Shown: positions 25,696 through 37,764 of the stretch, piece after piece | Numbering within the stretch: position 1 is the first letter of the stretch | Layout: each line of letters opens with the position of its first letter | Source: Paraphysomonas bandaiensis | Taxonomy: Eukaryota; Protista; Chrysophyceae | Assembly: GCA_965644295.1 (NCBI GenBank) | Contig: CBFFRP010000127.1 | Span: 1-64,000 of the forward strand | DNA: 64,000 nucleotides | Direction: 5' to 3' | Notes under the pieces: generated by a model | What the model was told of the DNA's origin: nothing | The model's database searches: none | Seen by the model: only the letters and a program-made list of their open reading frames with translations | Position numbers and translations under genes: made by a program

Positions 25696-26457
25696 ATGAT
25701 TTACTCTTATGTATTGATGGTTGTAGTGTCTGTATGTGCCGCTGTGTCTGCAGGAGCTCATGAGCTCCCTGAAGCGAAAGGCCTCAGCGCGGGTGAGTAC
25801 GATGATATGATCAGTCACGATGAGTGGTCCAGCATGGACATACAGTCTGCTGCTAATCATGGGGTGGATGTGTCTTCTGTTGTGTCTACGAATGCCGCAG
25901 ATTGTCTTGTAGACAGTTACTCCTTCATCATTGCCAGAGGATATCACTCATACGGTGAAGTTGACACTTCTGTGTGCACCACAATACATCACGCCACGTC
26001 AGCGGGGTTTAATAAAAAAGATGCCTACTTGTTTCCTTGTCCCACCTGTTCCAAATCTGCTGCCACCCAAGTTCAGGAGCTCACTAACTATCTGAACGAC
26101 AACTGTCATGACCACTGGTCTAAGCGTATATGGCTTGACATTGAGGGGACTCAGTACTGGTATGGGAACACAACTAAAAATCGGGAGTTTTACGAACACC
26201 TTGTTAACTCTTGCAAAAACAAATCTCCTCACTGTGGTGTATATACATCCTCTTCACAATGGTCCGCGATATTCGGATCCTCCTCGTACAAATACGGCAA
26301 TGAGTTACCCCTGTGGTACGCGCATTATGATGGAAAGGCAAACTTTGATGACTTTTCTTCGTTTGGGGGATGGAGTTCTCCGCGGGCGAAACAGTACGCG
26401 GGGTCTACTTCAAAGTGTTCCACAGGTGTCGACCTTAACTATGCGCCCTCCTTTTAA
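25696..26457 (+). CDS. Secreted protist-type (GH25-like) lysozyme
   Basis: Signal peptide; GVDVS, FIIARGY, DAYLFPCPTC, IWLDIEG, LPLWYAHYDG, FGGWSSPRAKQY, VDLNY. Confidence 0.9.
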   Translation: MIYSYVLMVVVSVCAAVSAGAHELPEAKGLSAGEYDDMISHDEWSSMDIQSAANHGVDVSSVVSTNAADCLVDSYSFIIARGYHSYGEVDTSVCTTIHHATSAGFNKKDAYLFPCPTCSKSAATQVQELTNYLNDNCHDHWSKRIWLDIEGTQYWYGNTTKNREFYEHLVNSCKNKSPHCGVYTSSSQWSAIFGSSSYKYGNELPLWYAHYDGKANFDDFSSFGGWSSPRAKQYAGSTSKCSTGVDLNYAPSF

Positions 26458-26663
26458 ATTTGTACCAAGTTATTGCTTCAGAATAAGGATCTATATTTGT
26501 GACTATATCATGCTGTGCTTGAGTAGAGTATTTGTGAGCTTTTTGTGTACATTGTAGTGCGGTATATCCGAATGTAACTTCATGCTAATGATAAGTTTAT
26601 AATTAGCAGAAATATATTTAACGCTCCTGGCAACTTATGTTACACATTAATTTTGCAGCTTTT

Positions 26664-27595
26664 GGGAAATATTATTCAACCTAGTCAAATTGGTTGAATT
26701 ACCTAGTCACGCTATTTTTGGTGGAATAACCTAATCAAAGTAATAAATGACTCAACCTAGTCAACTTTGGTGTTCAACCTAGTCGTTCTTATCTCCATTG
26801 ATTACACACTGTGACTGTCTAAGATACCATCTCACACCACACAATATATTAGTGGCTTACAGAGCATCAAAACAAACACTCAAACATAACAATAAGCTCA
26901 TATATACATATCTACATAACACAGGTGTACGTGTATGTCTATCTAGCCTATCTATAGCATGTAAGTATATAGCGATGGGTCCCTGTGAGTGTTATGGGGA
27001 GGAGGGTCCATGAAGCTGTGGGTATAACTCACTCTATGATCCGCAGGACATCTTGAGATCTTCATATGCTGTGGCGCTCATCTTCCTTCACTTAGCACTG
27101 AATGAATGACTTCGATTGCTGTATTGGCTTTCAGGGGTGCATAAATCTCCCTATTTTTAGTCCAACGAAGAAAAAAAGGAGGTTTTCAGGGAACAAACTT
27201 CTAAAAGCAGCATCATTGAAGTGGACTGTAGAGCAGAAGCAATCAGAACATCAACATCATGAGTGTGTCATCAGTCTTACAGCATCATGAGTGTGTCATC
27301 AGTCTTACAGCATCATGAGTGTGTCATCAGTCTTACAGTATCATGAGTGTGTCATCAGTCTTGTATTGCATGTATACAATATCTACATTTATCAATTGAT
27401 GGCTAGAGTATGCTCCCATGTTTGAATGAAAATTTTTATTTTTGACTAGGTGAATACCATAAAATCTAGTCATTGTAAACTGAAAATATGAATTATTAAA
27501 TGACTAGGTTTTTCAACCGCTTGACTAGGTTTTTACACCAATTTTGGTGTGACTAGGAAATTACACCAATTTGACTAGGTTCAATAATAGATCCC
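26664..27595. mobile_element. Non-autonomous Mutator-like (MULE) element, 932 bp
   Basis: Termini GGGA..TATTATT(C/G)AACCTAGTCAAATTGGT are inverted; multiple subterminal ACCTAGTCA/TGACTAGGT motifs; perfect 9-bp TSD GCAGCTTTT (26655-26663, 27596-27604). Confidence 0.88.
27255..27362. repeat. 28-bp minisatellite, ~3.9 copies, inside the MULE
   Basis: Unit CATCATGAGTGTGTCATCAGTCTTACAG, head to tail with no spacers. Confidence 0.95.
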
Positions 27596-27926
27596 GCAGC
27601 TTTTTGTATTACAAGCTATACTTCAGTGGTGTTATAGTAAATAGTGCCAATCGAGTGCTACGTACACACTAGATTCTAGCTAGGAGTATCTTTTGCAGCT
27701 CGAATTTCACATTTATTAGTTACTAGTATTAGTAAATGTCTTCAATGCATCATAAGTGGAAATGCATATTACATATATTATATTACGATTCTTGATCCTT
27801 GCTATTCTTTGCAACGAAAATACCGACTAGCGGCTGGCGATAAAAAGTACAATAAACTACATGTGCGTATGTAAGAGTTAGTTGTATATGAACACAAAAG
27901 GCTTATTACGAATTTTAAAATCAACA

Positions 27927-29989
27927 TCATTTCTTTACTCCTTTCCTTTTAGGGGCCTTTAGATGACTACCGATTTGATCATCCCTTAATCCCTTTACAA
28001 AGAATAGCCGCTCTGCTCTCTCCTGAAGAGTTCCACCGGATTTCAGTCCTCTGGCTGCAAGTTCTGCTTTAAGGTGATCCATCCCGAGGGTCATAAAATC
28101 TCGTGGAGTTTGAAATTCGGACGAGTTTATGTCTATTCGAGGGAAGGAGGTTTGTCGCGGAGCTATTGCAGAACCACTTGTGGTAGATTTCATTTTTTCA
28201 ACGTCAGCAAGTACCTCCGATAACCGGACGTCAGGAACTTCCACAGAGCTTAGAGCGTCCAATACACCCTTTACTACACACACCTCCCTGCTGCTGTTGG
28301 TTGTGCTACTCAAATATCTGAAGGCTTTCTGTCCAGCGTTGAGAACCATACTCTCACCCTGTTCAATTGATACGGCCGGGTACAGACCGCTGCTGGTACT
28401 TCCGAGCATGCTCTGTAACACAGCTTTGAGGTTGCTGTGAGTATCCGAGGAAAATGCTTCTCCCAATTCCCTTCCATTGATAGAAAAAGACATAGATATA
28501 CGGGTCGATTCGATATTCAGAAGACATCCAACAGTATCCCCTGCCTTCCAGCCTGTACCCTGTGCATACTCAGACTCCACCTCGTTCCAGACACGCCGTC
28601 TAAACCCATCAAACGCGAAGGAGTGACAATCATCACCTACACCATTGTCGCCCTCAGTATTCGCGTCCTCGGCTCGTGAAAGGACGAACTCCCTATCTGC
28701 CCATCCTATCTGAAAACAAACTACCATAAAAGACGATCACAAAATAACGACATTATCAAACCTGGAAGAGACCACCAGTGACAAGTTCCACCTCATAATA
28801 CCACTTCCCAATACGCAAACCATCTTTTACCCCCGGAACGGCGACGCAACCGAATCCTTCGGCACATTCGACTAGGCCATCAGAGTACACACCAACTTCT
28901 CCATTACACACCCGAATCCATGGAAGAGCCTCATCTGAAACCTCCGCCTCCGCTTCGGCCTCTACATTAGTCGCTGCTGCAGAGTGGGTGGATGATAGAG
29001 ACAGGGCACGGGAGCTACTGACGGCATCAGATGGGAGAGGTTCGCTGACTTTAAGTCGCTTGGCAGCTCTCATGCCACATGCTACTGAGTCTGCCATCTC
29101 CTGCTCGTCCACTCCGCGATCCAGCCCACCAATATATGCCTCCCGCTTCATTCTTTCTTCCTCTGAGCGTTCGCGCTGCTTCGTTTTCTCGTACTCCTCC
29201 TTGCCAGCTCCTCGCAACTCAGATTCCCCTGTGATTAAGAATGAGCACAGCAGGCGTGGCGAGATAAGAAAAAATAAGCGCACCGTGTGCGAATTCACAT
29301 CGCTCTCCTCTAGGACATCCCCACCACGTCGGGCTGTTCGCTGGGGGCTCACCCTCTTCTCTGTATACAAGCAAATTACAATAGCTTATGTAATATACAT
29401 AAAAAATGCGTGCCTGGCTCTGATCCAGTCCAAGCACATACGTGTCTTGCGTCTCGGGCGCATATACCGCTGTCGATAGCTGGCCTTGAACCCATCAGCC
29501 CAGCTTGGCGCACTCAAATACCAAAGATCGATACCGGTTTGGGTTATTTCATCAACTTCGAACTCCTTATTCTGTTCCTTTGCTTCCTATCATCGTGTGA
29601 ATAAAAACACAATCAAAACTACGGGCTATGCAAACCTGCCATTTCTTTAGCAATATCTCATCATTCACATGCCTCAGACGTCTGCCACTTAAATCTCTAC
29701 ACGCTCCAAAGTCTGTTGTTTTTTTAGCCCCACTGCGTTTGGCCATACTCTTCAACATGGCTCCAAACCCACCCTTCCCTCCACTGACCCTTAAGCTACC
29801 GCGGACTATCACATCACTCCCTGATATGATATCATTGTCTTTCAACAGCCGACCATTGCAATGCAAATAAAAGCATTCACTTGGAATATTTTCCAGCGAT
29901 GATACAGCATGTCGTATGGCGGAACCATGCGTCTCATCATCCTCAAATCTCAATACAGAGGTTTTCCTGAAGTGGACTACTATTTGCAT
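27927..29989 (-). CDS. SDE2: SDE2 homolog: ubiquitin-like domain, Sde2 N-domain, CCCH finger, SPRY domain, SAP domain; multi-exon
   Basis: GGKGGFGAMLK, CRDLSGRRLRHVN; SPRY GKWYYEVE/QIGWA/GVGDD..SFAFDG/WKAGDTVGC/LYPAVS; C-terminal LGMDHLKAELAARGLKSGGTLQERAERLF. Confidence 0.9.
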
Positions 29990-30306
29990 GGTTAACCTGA
30001 GCTTGCACGGGCTTTAAATGAGCTATTTCACCTCCACTCCACTTGTGAGGGACCTGATACGAGTATGTATGTATGTATGTATGTATGTACAGCGCACTCG
30101 CGATATAACGCGATGTATGTACACCATGTCTGTACGTATGTACCCTTGTCTGTGTGTAGGTACAGGAGTTTGCGTGGAGATGGCAGTGAGAACAGCAACT
30201 TCACTTGCTTCTTCTTGTCTTGCTTCTGATAACACTCTTAACTGCAGCATATCTCTGTTCTCTATCTGTCTATCTATCAATTCATATATATATCTACGTG
30301 TGTGAT

Positions 30307-32004
30307 ATGCGGTCTATCAGACTATCATATCTGTGTCGGGGCCGCCCCCTCGCAGGCCGTAGAGTAGTACACAGCTATAGGATTCTTCCTGTATCCTCCA
30401 CAGCAAAAGCCTCCCTCACTGCCCTCTCTGTTATAGCGTTGTGTGGTGTGGGTACGGGGGTTGCTGTGTGGAGAGCGGGACGCAGCGCTAGACGGAACAT
30501 CAGTGAGTCCGATCTGCCTCTATATTATGATGCAGATGTCTTGGAGACCTTTTGGATGAAGCATAAAGCTGTGGTGGCCTGTCGAATGTATGATATTGTA
30601 GCATCTACTGTACCGGTCATGGCCCCTTTATTGTGGTCGAAACTCCTTCGGTTAGTGTGGGAGCCTGATGACTGGGATTCTGTCGCGGAGGAACGGAAGA
30701 TGGGTGTAGCCCTACGAGAGCTACTGACGAAGCTTGGTCCCTCGTTTGTTAAGCTTGGTCAAGTGTTTTCTATTCGCCCCGATCTACTTCCTGCTCCTGT
30801 ACTGATGGAGCTTCAAAGACTCTGTGATGCTGTACCTCCTTATCCTACACATGAGGCTGTGTCACTCATAGAGAGGGAGCTTGGTCGACCGGTAGGAGAA
30901 ATATTTCGTGGACTGAATGCCGACAGTGTTCCTGTGGCTGGAGCTTCCCTAGGACAAGTGTATAAGTGCTCCATGTTGCGCCAGAGGGTTAATAGTGGAA
31001 AGGGAGAAGAGTGGGTGGAGGTGGCTGTAAAGGTGCAGCGGCCTGACATGCTTGTGTCAGTATCGCTGGACCTCTTTATCATGCGACAAGTCATGAAAGC
31101 GATCGAGTGGGTGAAATCCGCTCTCTATTCCTGTGATATTTTGAAAGCACGTAAGCACTTCAACATAAGCATGCTCGACACCTTCGCAGAGGCCAGTTAC
31201 TTCGAACTTGATTATGAGCACGAAGCGGCCAATCAGAAGTTTTTTGCTGAACAATTCCGAGTTCGTGGCATGGATCGGAAGGTCCATGTCCCTGAAGTAT
31301 TTTCATCTGCTACCAGTCGACGTGTGCTGACCACCGAGTGGGTAGACGGAGTACAACTTGCCCGCTCGAGTCCTGAAGTAATTGCTAGACTTGTACCAGT
31401 GGGGGTGGAGTGTTTCTTGGCCCAGCTCCTAGATATTGGAGTTTTTCATGGGGATCCACATCCCGGTAATCTCCTAGTGAATACAAAGGGGCAGTTGGTG
31501 CTAATTGACTTTGGGCTCTGTGCGGAGGTGTCCGATGTGAGTACTATGGCCATCACTACGGCAATCGTGCATCTCATGTCAGGTGACGTTCCAGCGCTTC
31601 TGGAGGACGCTGTTACTTTGGGATTCCTTCCTGAAGATGTGGATAAGACGAGCCTTTTACCAGCGATGCAGCGCGTATTCAAGGACGGAACTCTCACTCA
31701 GGTGGACACTATGCGGTTTGGTTCAAGCGCGAGGCGGTTTAGAACCGCTCAGCGTGTGCATAAGTTTAAGCAGATATCCGACCAGCTCAATCAAATATTT
31801 TTTGAATACCCATTCGTGGTACCTGCATACTTTGCGCTAATTACGCGAGCCCTTATTATGCTCGAGGGTATAGCGGTTACTGGTGACGAAGATTTCGATA
31901 TATTTACGGCATCTTATCCGTACGCGTCAAAACGCGCACTAAGTTTAATAGGAAAAAATGAACTTTCGAAGTTGGGTCTAGGGGGATCAAGTCTTCGACA
32001 CTAG
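30307..32004 (+). CDS. ABC1/UbiB (ADCK) atypical protein kinase, intronless
   Basis: LGPSFVKLGQ, SIRPDLLP, GASLGQVY, VAVKVQRP, ELDY..EA.N, FHGDPHPGNL, LIDFG. ATG at 30307. Confidence 0.92.
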   Translation: MRSIRLSYLCRGRPLAGRRVVHSYRILPVSSTAKASLTALSVIALCGVGTGVAVWRAGRSARRNISESDLPLYYDADVLETFWMKHKAVVACRMYDIVASTVPVMAPLLWSKLLRLVWEPDDWDSVAEERKMGVALRELLTKLGPSFVKLGQVFSIRPDLLPAPVLMELQRLCDAVPPYPTHEAVSLIERELGRPVGEIFRGLNADSVPVAGASLGQVYKCSMLRQRVNSGKGEEWVEVAVKVQRPDMLVSVSLDLFIMRQVMKAIEWVKSALYSCDILKARKHFNISMLDTFAEASYFELDYEHEAANQKFFAEQFRVRGMDRKVHVPEVFSSATSRRVLTTEWVDGVQLARSSPEVIARLVPVGVECFLAQLLDIGVFHGDPHPGNLLVNTKGQLVLIDFGLCAEVSDVSTMAITTAIVHLMSGDVPALLEDAVTLGFLPEDVDKTSLLPAMQRVFKDGTLTQVDTMRFGSSARRFRTAQRVHKFKQISDQLNQIFFEYPFVVPAYFALITRALIMLEGIAVTGDEDFDIFTASYPYASKRALSLIGKNELSKLGLGGSSLRH

Positions 32005-33076
32005 TATCTCAGTCATATGAAATGAATACGAATGTACAGCTTAGTCGTATATTACATGTATTGAAGTACGTTGAGTACCGTTATTTACACCATCATTTTT
32101 GATGTTTCCGTCTAAATATGCACCATACACCTGTGCGTATGTATGGAGTGCGACGATGATATTTGTTATTGATTATGAAGCATCTGAATTTCATATATAT
32201 TGGACATTATTGCTTAATTTACCGCTGATGTAAGTAAAATCAATGTTGATGGTTTATTACCATTTTTTGCACGCCCTGTAGAGCAGTACATATTGTGTAC
32301 ATATTGCAGTGATCTTATTGCCATCTACGTATAGAATCGTGATATTAATCCAGAGAATGATATACAGTTTATCTTATCAACAGCTCATGTTCTTTTCTTG
32401 CTGAGTCCGCAAAGCGAAGTTGCTATCTTCAGACTATCTGGATGCTAGATAGTTATGTCAAGAAGGTGTAATCAATTTTTGTCATCAGACCGTCCTAGTA
32501 TTTTATCGATATTCATTGCTTTTTACTCGAAAAGTGTCGCATTGTCACGATACTATAGACTCTACAGTTTCTTTCGTATTAGACAGTACTATCATCGTCG
32601 AAACGCAAAAATTGATTTATAGACAGCAAGCTCTAACAATGAAACTTCAGCTCCGACAATGCAATGTGTGTTAGACAAAATAGCTTGCTAATAATAAGAT
32701 ATTCAATTACAACAATTATTCTATGAAATTCCCATGAGTAAAGACTCAATCTCAGAGCTGGCTATATACAATGTACTATGAAGTATGAAGGAAACGCTTA
32801 AATGGCACTTTCATGGCTGTTTACCACATGTGATATTTACATGATCACAACGTGTATATTTAATTCTTGAACTTTTAAAGTTTGTTAAATAATCGATGAT
32901 AAGTTTAGTGATAGTATTCAAAGCAAAAGCTTACAAACGTCGGCGCTGTTTTATAGAATATATATACATATGTTCATTTCAAATTTTGAAGCGAGATGTA
33001 TGTTGGACTGATGCATGCATGTAGCGAAAATGTGACGATCTGAAAAATGCGCTGTAGGCAATCTTGATTGCTGAAT

Positions 33077-34988
33077 TTACGACCCTTGACAGTACAAAGG
33101 AGAGTTCACATTGACCACTGATCGTTGGTTATTTGGGCACTCAATATCGGTACAATATTTATGTGAGGAACATTTGGAAGGATGGGGAAAACTGCTGTTG
33201 TCGACCTCGGAGAGCACACTGGCAGATGAGGGGCATACTTGAAGGCGACCAGGAGACCAATTTGGAAGAGCAGTGGGTTGTTCTCTTCGTGTATCCACAA
33301 GCAGTGTGTTGTAACCTAATTGTAACAGTCATTGTAAACATCAGTGAATTTCCACCAAGTAGCTTATACCTGCAGGAGGGTGAGGTACGTGCAAGGGAGT
33401 TCCCGGACGATGCGAGATCGTGCACAGCATAGGCGAGGAGAGAGAATCACACTGCGGGGTGGTCGAGCCCGTTCCGTTATATTGAAACGCGTGATAGTGA
33501 TTGAGTGACTCTGGTGTAGTGCAGCTACTGCCAGATATAGGCGAACGGCCAGGATCAACACATCCGATGCATGGGAAGCTATCATTTCCACCGCCTAACT
33601 TGTTTCGGAAAGCATACCTGCAATGAAGACGTTAGAGTACTATTACGACACAAATAGTGTTAGAAGCATCACTTCTCAAATTTGTACTGCTCATGATCTG
33701 GTATGGCGCTTGCCGAGAGGTGGGATCTCATCAATTCTTCCGCCTCTGCTGCACCTAGGCAGCATCGCGGCTGATCTACGTCAGGAATCACCGGGGGCTG
33801 GGCCTGTCGCCGACTAAGTAATGCCCAGTCCACATCCATTAGCCATTCGTGACCACGTATTGTGTGCGCTCCATATCCCTCTCTAAGCCTTCTGTAAGGC
33901 TATCATATTTATTCGTATGAAAGCAGTTTCACATTAATTAAGTACAACATATATTTACCTGCGTGCATAATAGCCGGGAAATAAAACTCTTACAGGCAGG
34001 AGATAGATAGTCGGCCCTCTCCAGGCGGCTCAAAGGCAAATTATAAGGACTTTTTTGCAGGGCCTTAATTTTCTTTGAGTCAAATGGCCGGGATCCAGTC
34101 AGTAACTCATGCAATGTCACTCCAAGGGCAAACCAGTCAGCGGGTGGACCGTGAACGTATGTCGGAGGAATGTATAGCTCTGGTGCCTGCAGCACTCAGG
34201 TCAGTTCCAGTGGTACTAACTGTGAGTACAACATACCATATATCCATGCGTCCCACTAGTGCTCCTACAGTCCTCTATATTTGGCAAAAGCTTTGATACA
34301 CCGAAGTCAGTTAGCTTCACATAGCCGTCATCATTGAGAAGAATGTTCTCAGGTTTTATGTCTCCTGTCGTAAGTCATAGTGACCAACATTACAAAACAT
34401 TGTGCACCATCTCACTATGCAGAATTCGGAGTTTGTGCAAATGTTCTATTGCGAGTATAATCTGGCATATGTAGAATTTAGCTCGATCCTCTGAGAACTT
34501 ATGACCAGATATGTTGAGGTTATAACGGAGATCTCCACCTCGAGCGAGGTCTATGACCAGGTAAAGATAACAAGAATCTTGGAATGCTGACACAAGAAAT
34601 CAGAGCAATTAAGAAGAAACTATAAAAACTAACCATAGTGCGCATTGCATATAAACGGGCTGTCAATAATAGAGAGTATCTTGAGCTCAGCAAATATTGA
34701 TGCAAAACCAGTCCGACGCTTTAGCACAGATGCCTTGCTGAGACTCTTGACGGCATATGGACGATTGCAATCCGGCGCAGACATCTGTTCGAGATGTTAA
34801 CGTGATTGCATAAGACACATCGAACACTATCAGCTCAGGCATACCTTTACAGCATACTGAACTATTCCAAAACCCCCACTACCCAAAACATGATGCAGTG
34901 TGAAGTGAGTCAAGTCTATTTCCAAAGGATTCGGTAGTTGAGCTGATGGTGATTCGATCTCATCTTCCATTCCCAATACACAGCCCAT
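33077..34988 (-). CDS. AGC-group Ser/Thr kinase (YANK/STK32-like), multi-exon, MGC N-terminus
   Basis: LGSGGFG, YAVK, GGDLRY, HRDIKPEN (split by an intron), LTDFG, GTHGYM, APE, DWFALGV, HEWL..VDW. Confidence 0.88.
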
Positions 34989-35587
34989 CATCAAGCCTAA
35001 CATTAAACTAAACTCATTGTCATACACATATTTCAAACTCTCATGAATTTCTATGATCAATACATGAAAATTTGGAATTCGAATATAATTTCCAGATATC
35101 TGTGAATTGAATTGCTGTCATACAATCATCCAATTGCTGTAATATGACCGTCATAGCGTATCGTATTGTATGATATGTGAATGAGTGGGCTGAACTGCAT
35201 ATGGATATGTCGCTATGGATCTCTGCATATCTATGAGGAGATGTGAAGGAAAGATACGGACAGAACAGTATGTGAATATACTATAGGACACTTCTCACTT
35301 CATTTTTTTCCTGATTGTTTGTCACGGTCAATTGCCCGTAAACAGGCTACATTTATGTTTGTGGTTAAAAGTGTAGGAATTGCTAGTGCAGAAATTCTTA
35401 TGCAAATACACACATAGACACACAGTACATATACAGGGGTACGCAGATAACGTATGAAGCCTACACAATATACCATACGATACCATACATATACAGTACA
35501 TGCGACCAGCACTGCTATATTATCACTCCGGCAGCATTAATAATCGACTGGCTGCTCCGACAGCCGTGAATTAAAAGAAATTGTACC

Positions 35588-37764
35588 ATGTTCTCTAAAT
35601 TATTGTATGGTTCATTAGTTACAGCGGGAGTGAGCAATGCGATGATCAACTCCACAGCGGGTACAATCAGCCTCCCAGAGCTCAATGTATTGGAGGGGTC
35701 TGTTACTGTCAGTGGTCTTTCATCGGGTGGTTTTATGGCTGCACAGATGCATGTTGCATATAGCTCTCTGTTCAGTGGTGTTGGTATCTTTGCAGGTGGA
35801 CCTTACTACTGCGCTCAAGACAGCCTCACAGTAGCAACTGAGCAGTGCATGTATAACCTGATGGGTGGCCCGCAGGTCACCAAGCTAATATCCTATACCG
35901 ATGAGCAGTCGTCAAAGGGAGAAATTGACTCCACGGATAACATGGCAGACGACAAGGTGTATGTCTTCAGTGGGTCAAAAGACACAACAGTGTATCCTGC
36001 TGTTGTGAAGACTTTGGAAGATTACTACGCCCCGTATGTCAAATCTGCGCTAACCACAGAGTATACTATCCCTGCTCAACACTGTATTCCAACACTGGAC
36101 TATGGTGAAGCATGTGGGGTACATATGTCGCCTTATATCGGAGACTGTGATTACTCTGGCGCTGGTCATGCTTTTCAAACCTTTTACGGCAGTGATCTTG
36201 TTATAGGTATTTCTTTCGTAGTATAGTATAAGTTGGGTATTGATATTTATTGACTTAGGTACTGCAAAAGAGTCTAATCTATTTCAATTTGACCAGACGG
36301 AATTTTTCACTGGGTCGGACACCTCTATCAATGACTTTGGATTTGTATATATTCCCAGTGCATGCAGTGACGGGTCTACAGCTTGTCGCCTACACATATC
36401 CTATCATGGATGCGCGCAGGATTACGCAAGCATCGGAGATGTGTGGGCGGATCACGCGGGATACAATGACTGGGCGGAGGCTAACAACATTATCGTGGTG
36501 TACCCGTATGCTAAGAAGGACGTGAGTCTGGGTAACTCAAACGCGTGCTGGGACTGGTGGGGGTATACCGGTGACGACTATGTACTCAAGAAGGGAGTTC
36601 AAATGGAGTTTTCTAAAAAAGTTCTTGATAGAGTGATCGGAAGCTCATTTGCAAATGATGATAGCCCCGTAAGCGTTGACGATGATACTTCTGCCGGCGA
36701 TGACACAATTAACGCAGACGACTTGTCAACTGATGACGTTATTCCGAATGACGACCACCAACAAAATGATGACGATGGGCTATTCAAGTTGAAATCCTAC
36801 GATATCATTAATGGATCTGTTACTGTCAGTGGTCTTTCATCGGGTGGTTTTATGGCTGCACAGATGCATGTTGCATATAGCTCTCTGTTCAGTGGTGTTG
36901 GTATCTTTGCAGGCGGACCTTACTACTGCGCTCAAGACAGCCTCACAGTAGCAACTGAGCAGTGCATGTATAACCTGATGGGTGGCCCGCAGGTCACCAA
37001 GCTAATATCCTATACCGATGAGCAATCGTCAAAGGGAGAAATTGACTCCACGGATAACATGGCAGACGACAAGGTGTATGTCTTCAGTGGGTCAAAAGAC
37101 ACAACAGTGTATCCTGCTGTTGTGAAGACTTTGGAAGATTACTACGCCCCGTATGTCAAATCTGCGCTAACCACAGAGTATACTATCCCTGCTCAACACT
37201 GTATTCCAACACTGGACTATGGTGAAGCATGTGGGGTACATATGTCGCCTTATATCGGAGACTGTGATTACTCTGGCGCTGGTCATGCTTTTCAAACCTT
37301 TTACGGCAGTGATCTTGTTATAGGTATTTCTTTCGTAGTATAGTATAAGTTGGGTATTGATATTTATTGACTTAGGTACTGCAAAAGAGTCTAATCTATT
37401 TCAATTTGACCAGACGGAATTTTTCACTGGGTCGGACACCTCTATCAATGACTTTGGATTTGTATATATTCCCAGTGCATGCAGTGACGGGTCTACAGCT
37501 TGTCGCCTACACATATCCTATCATGGATGCGCGCAGGATTACGCAAGCATCGGAGATGTGTGGGCGGATCACGCGGGATACAATGACTGGGCGGAGGCTA
37601 ACAACATTATCGTGGTGTACCCGTATGCTAAGAAGGACGTGAGTCTGGGTAACTCAAACGCGTGCTGGGACTGGTGGGGGTATACCGGTGACGACTATGT
37701 ACTCAAGAAGGGAGTTCAAATGGAGTTTTCTAAGAAAGTTCTCGACAGGCTAATGGGTAACTAA
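35588..37764 (+). CDS. Secreted PHB-depolymerase-like esterase with two tandem catalytic domains
   Basis: Signal peptide; GLSSGG lipase box, FAGGPYYCA, LHISYHGC, GYNDWAEANNIIVVYP and CWDWWGY each occur twice; introns 36207-36258 and 37324-37375; acidic linker. Confidence 0.88.
35699..37733 (+). repeat. Direct duplication, 918 bp x2 (35699-36616 and 36816-37733)
   Basis: Offset 1117 bp; only two differences seen (35797 T vs 36914 C; 35908 G vs 37025 A), both synonymous; intron identical. Confidence 0.93.

Noticed and set aside
27255-27362. CRISPR-like array or hammerhead ribozyme (CTGATGA on the minus strand)
   Set aside because: The repeats are contiguous with no spacers, there are no cas genes, and there is no GAAA or stem II to complete a hammerhead.
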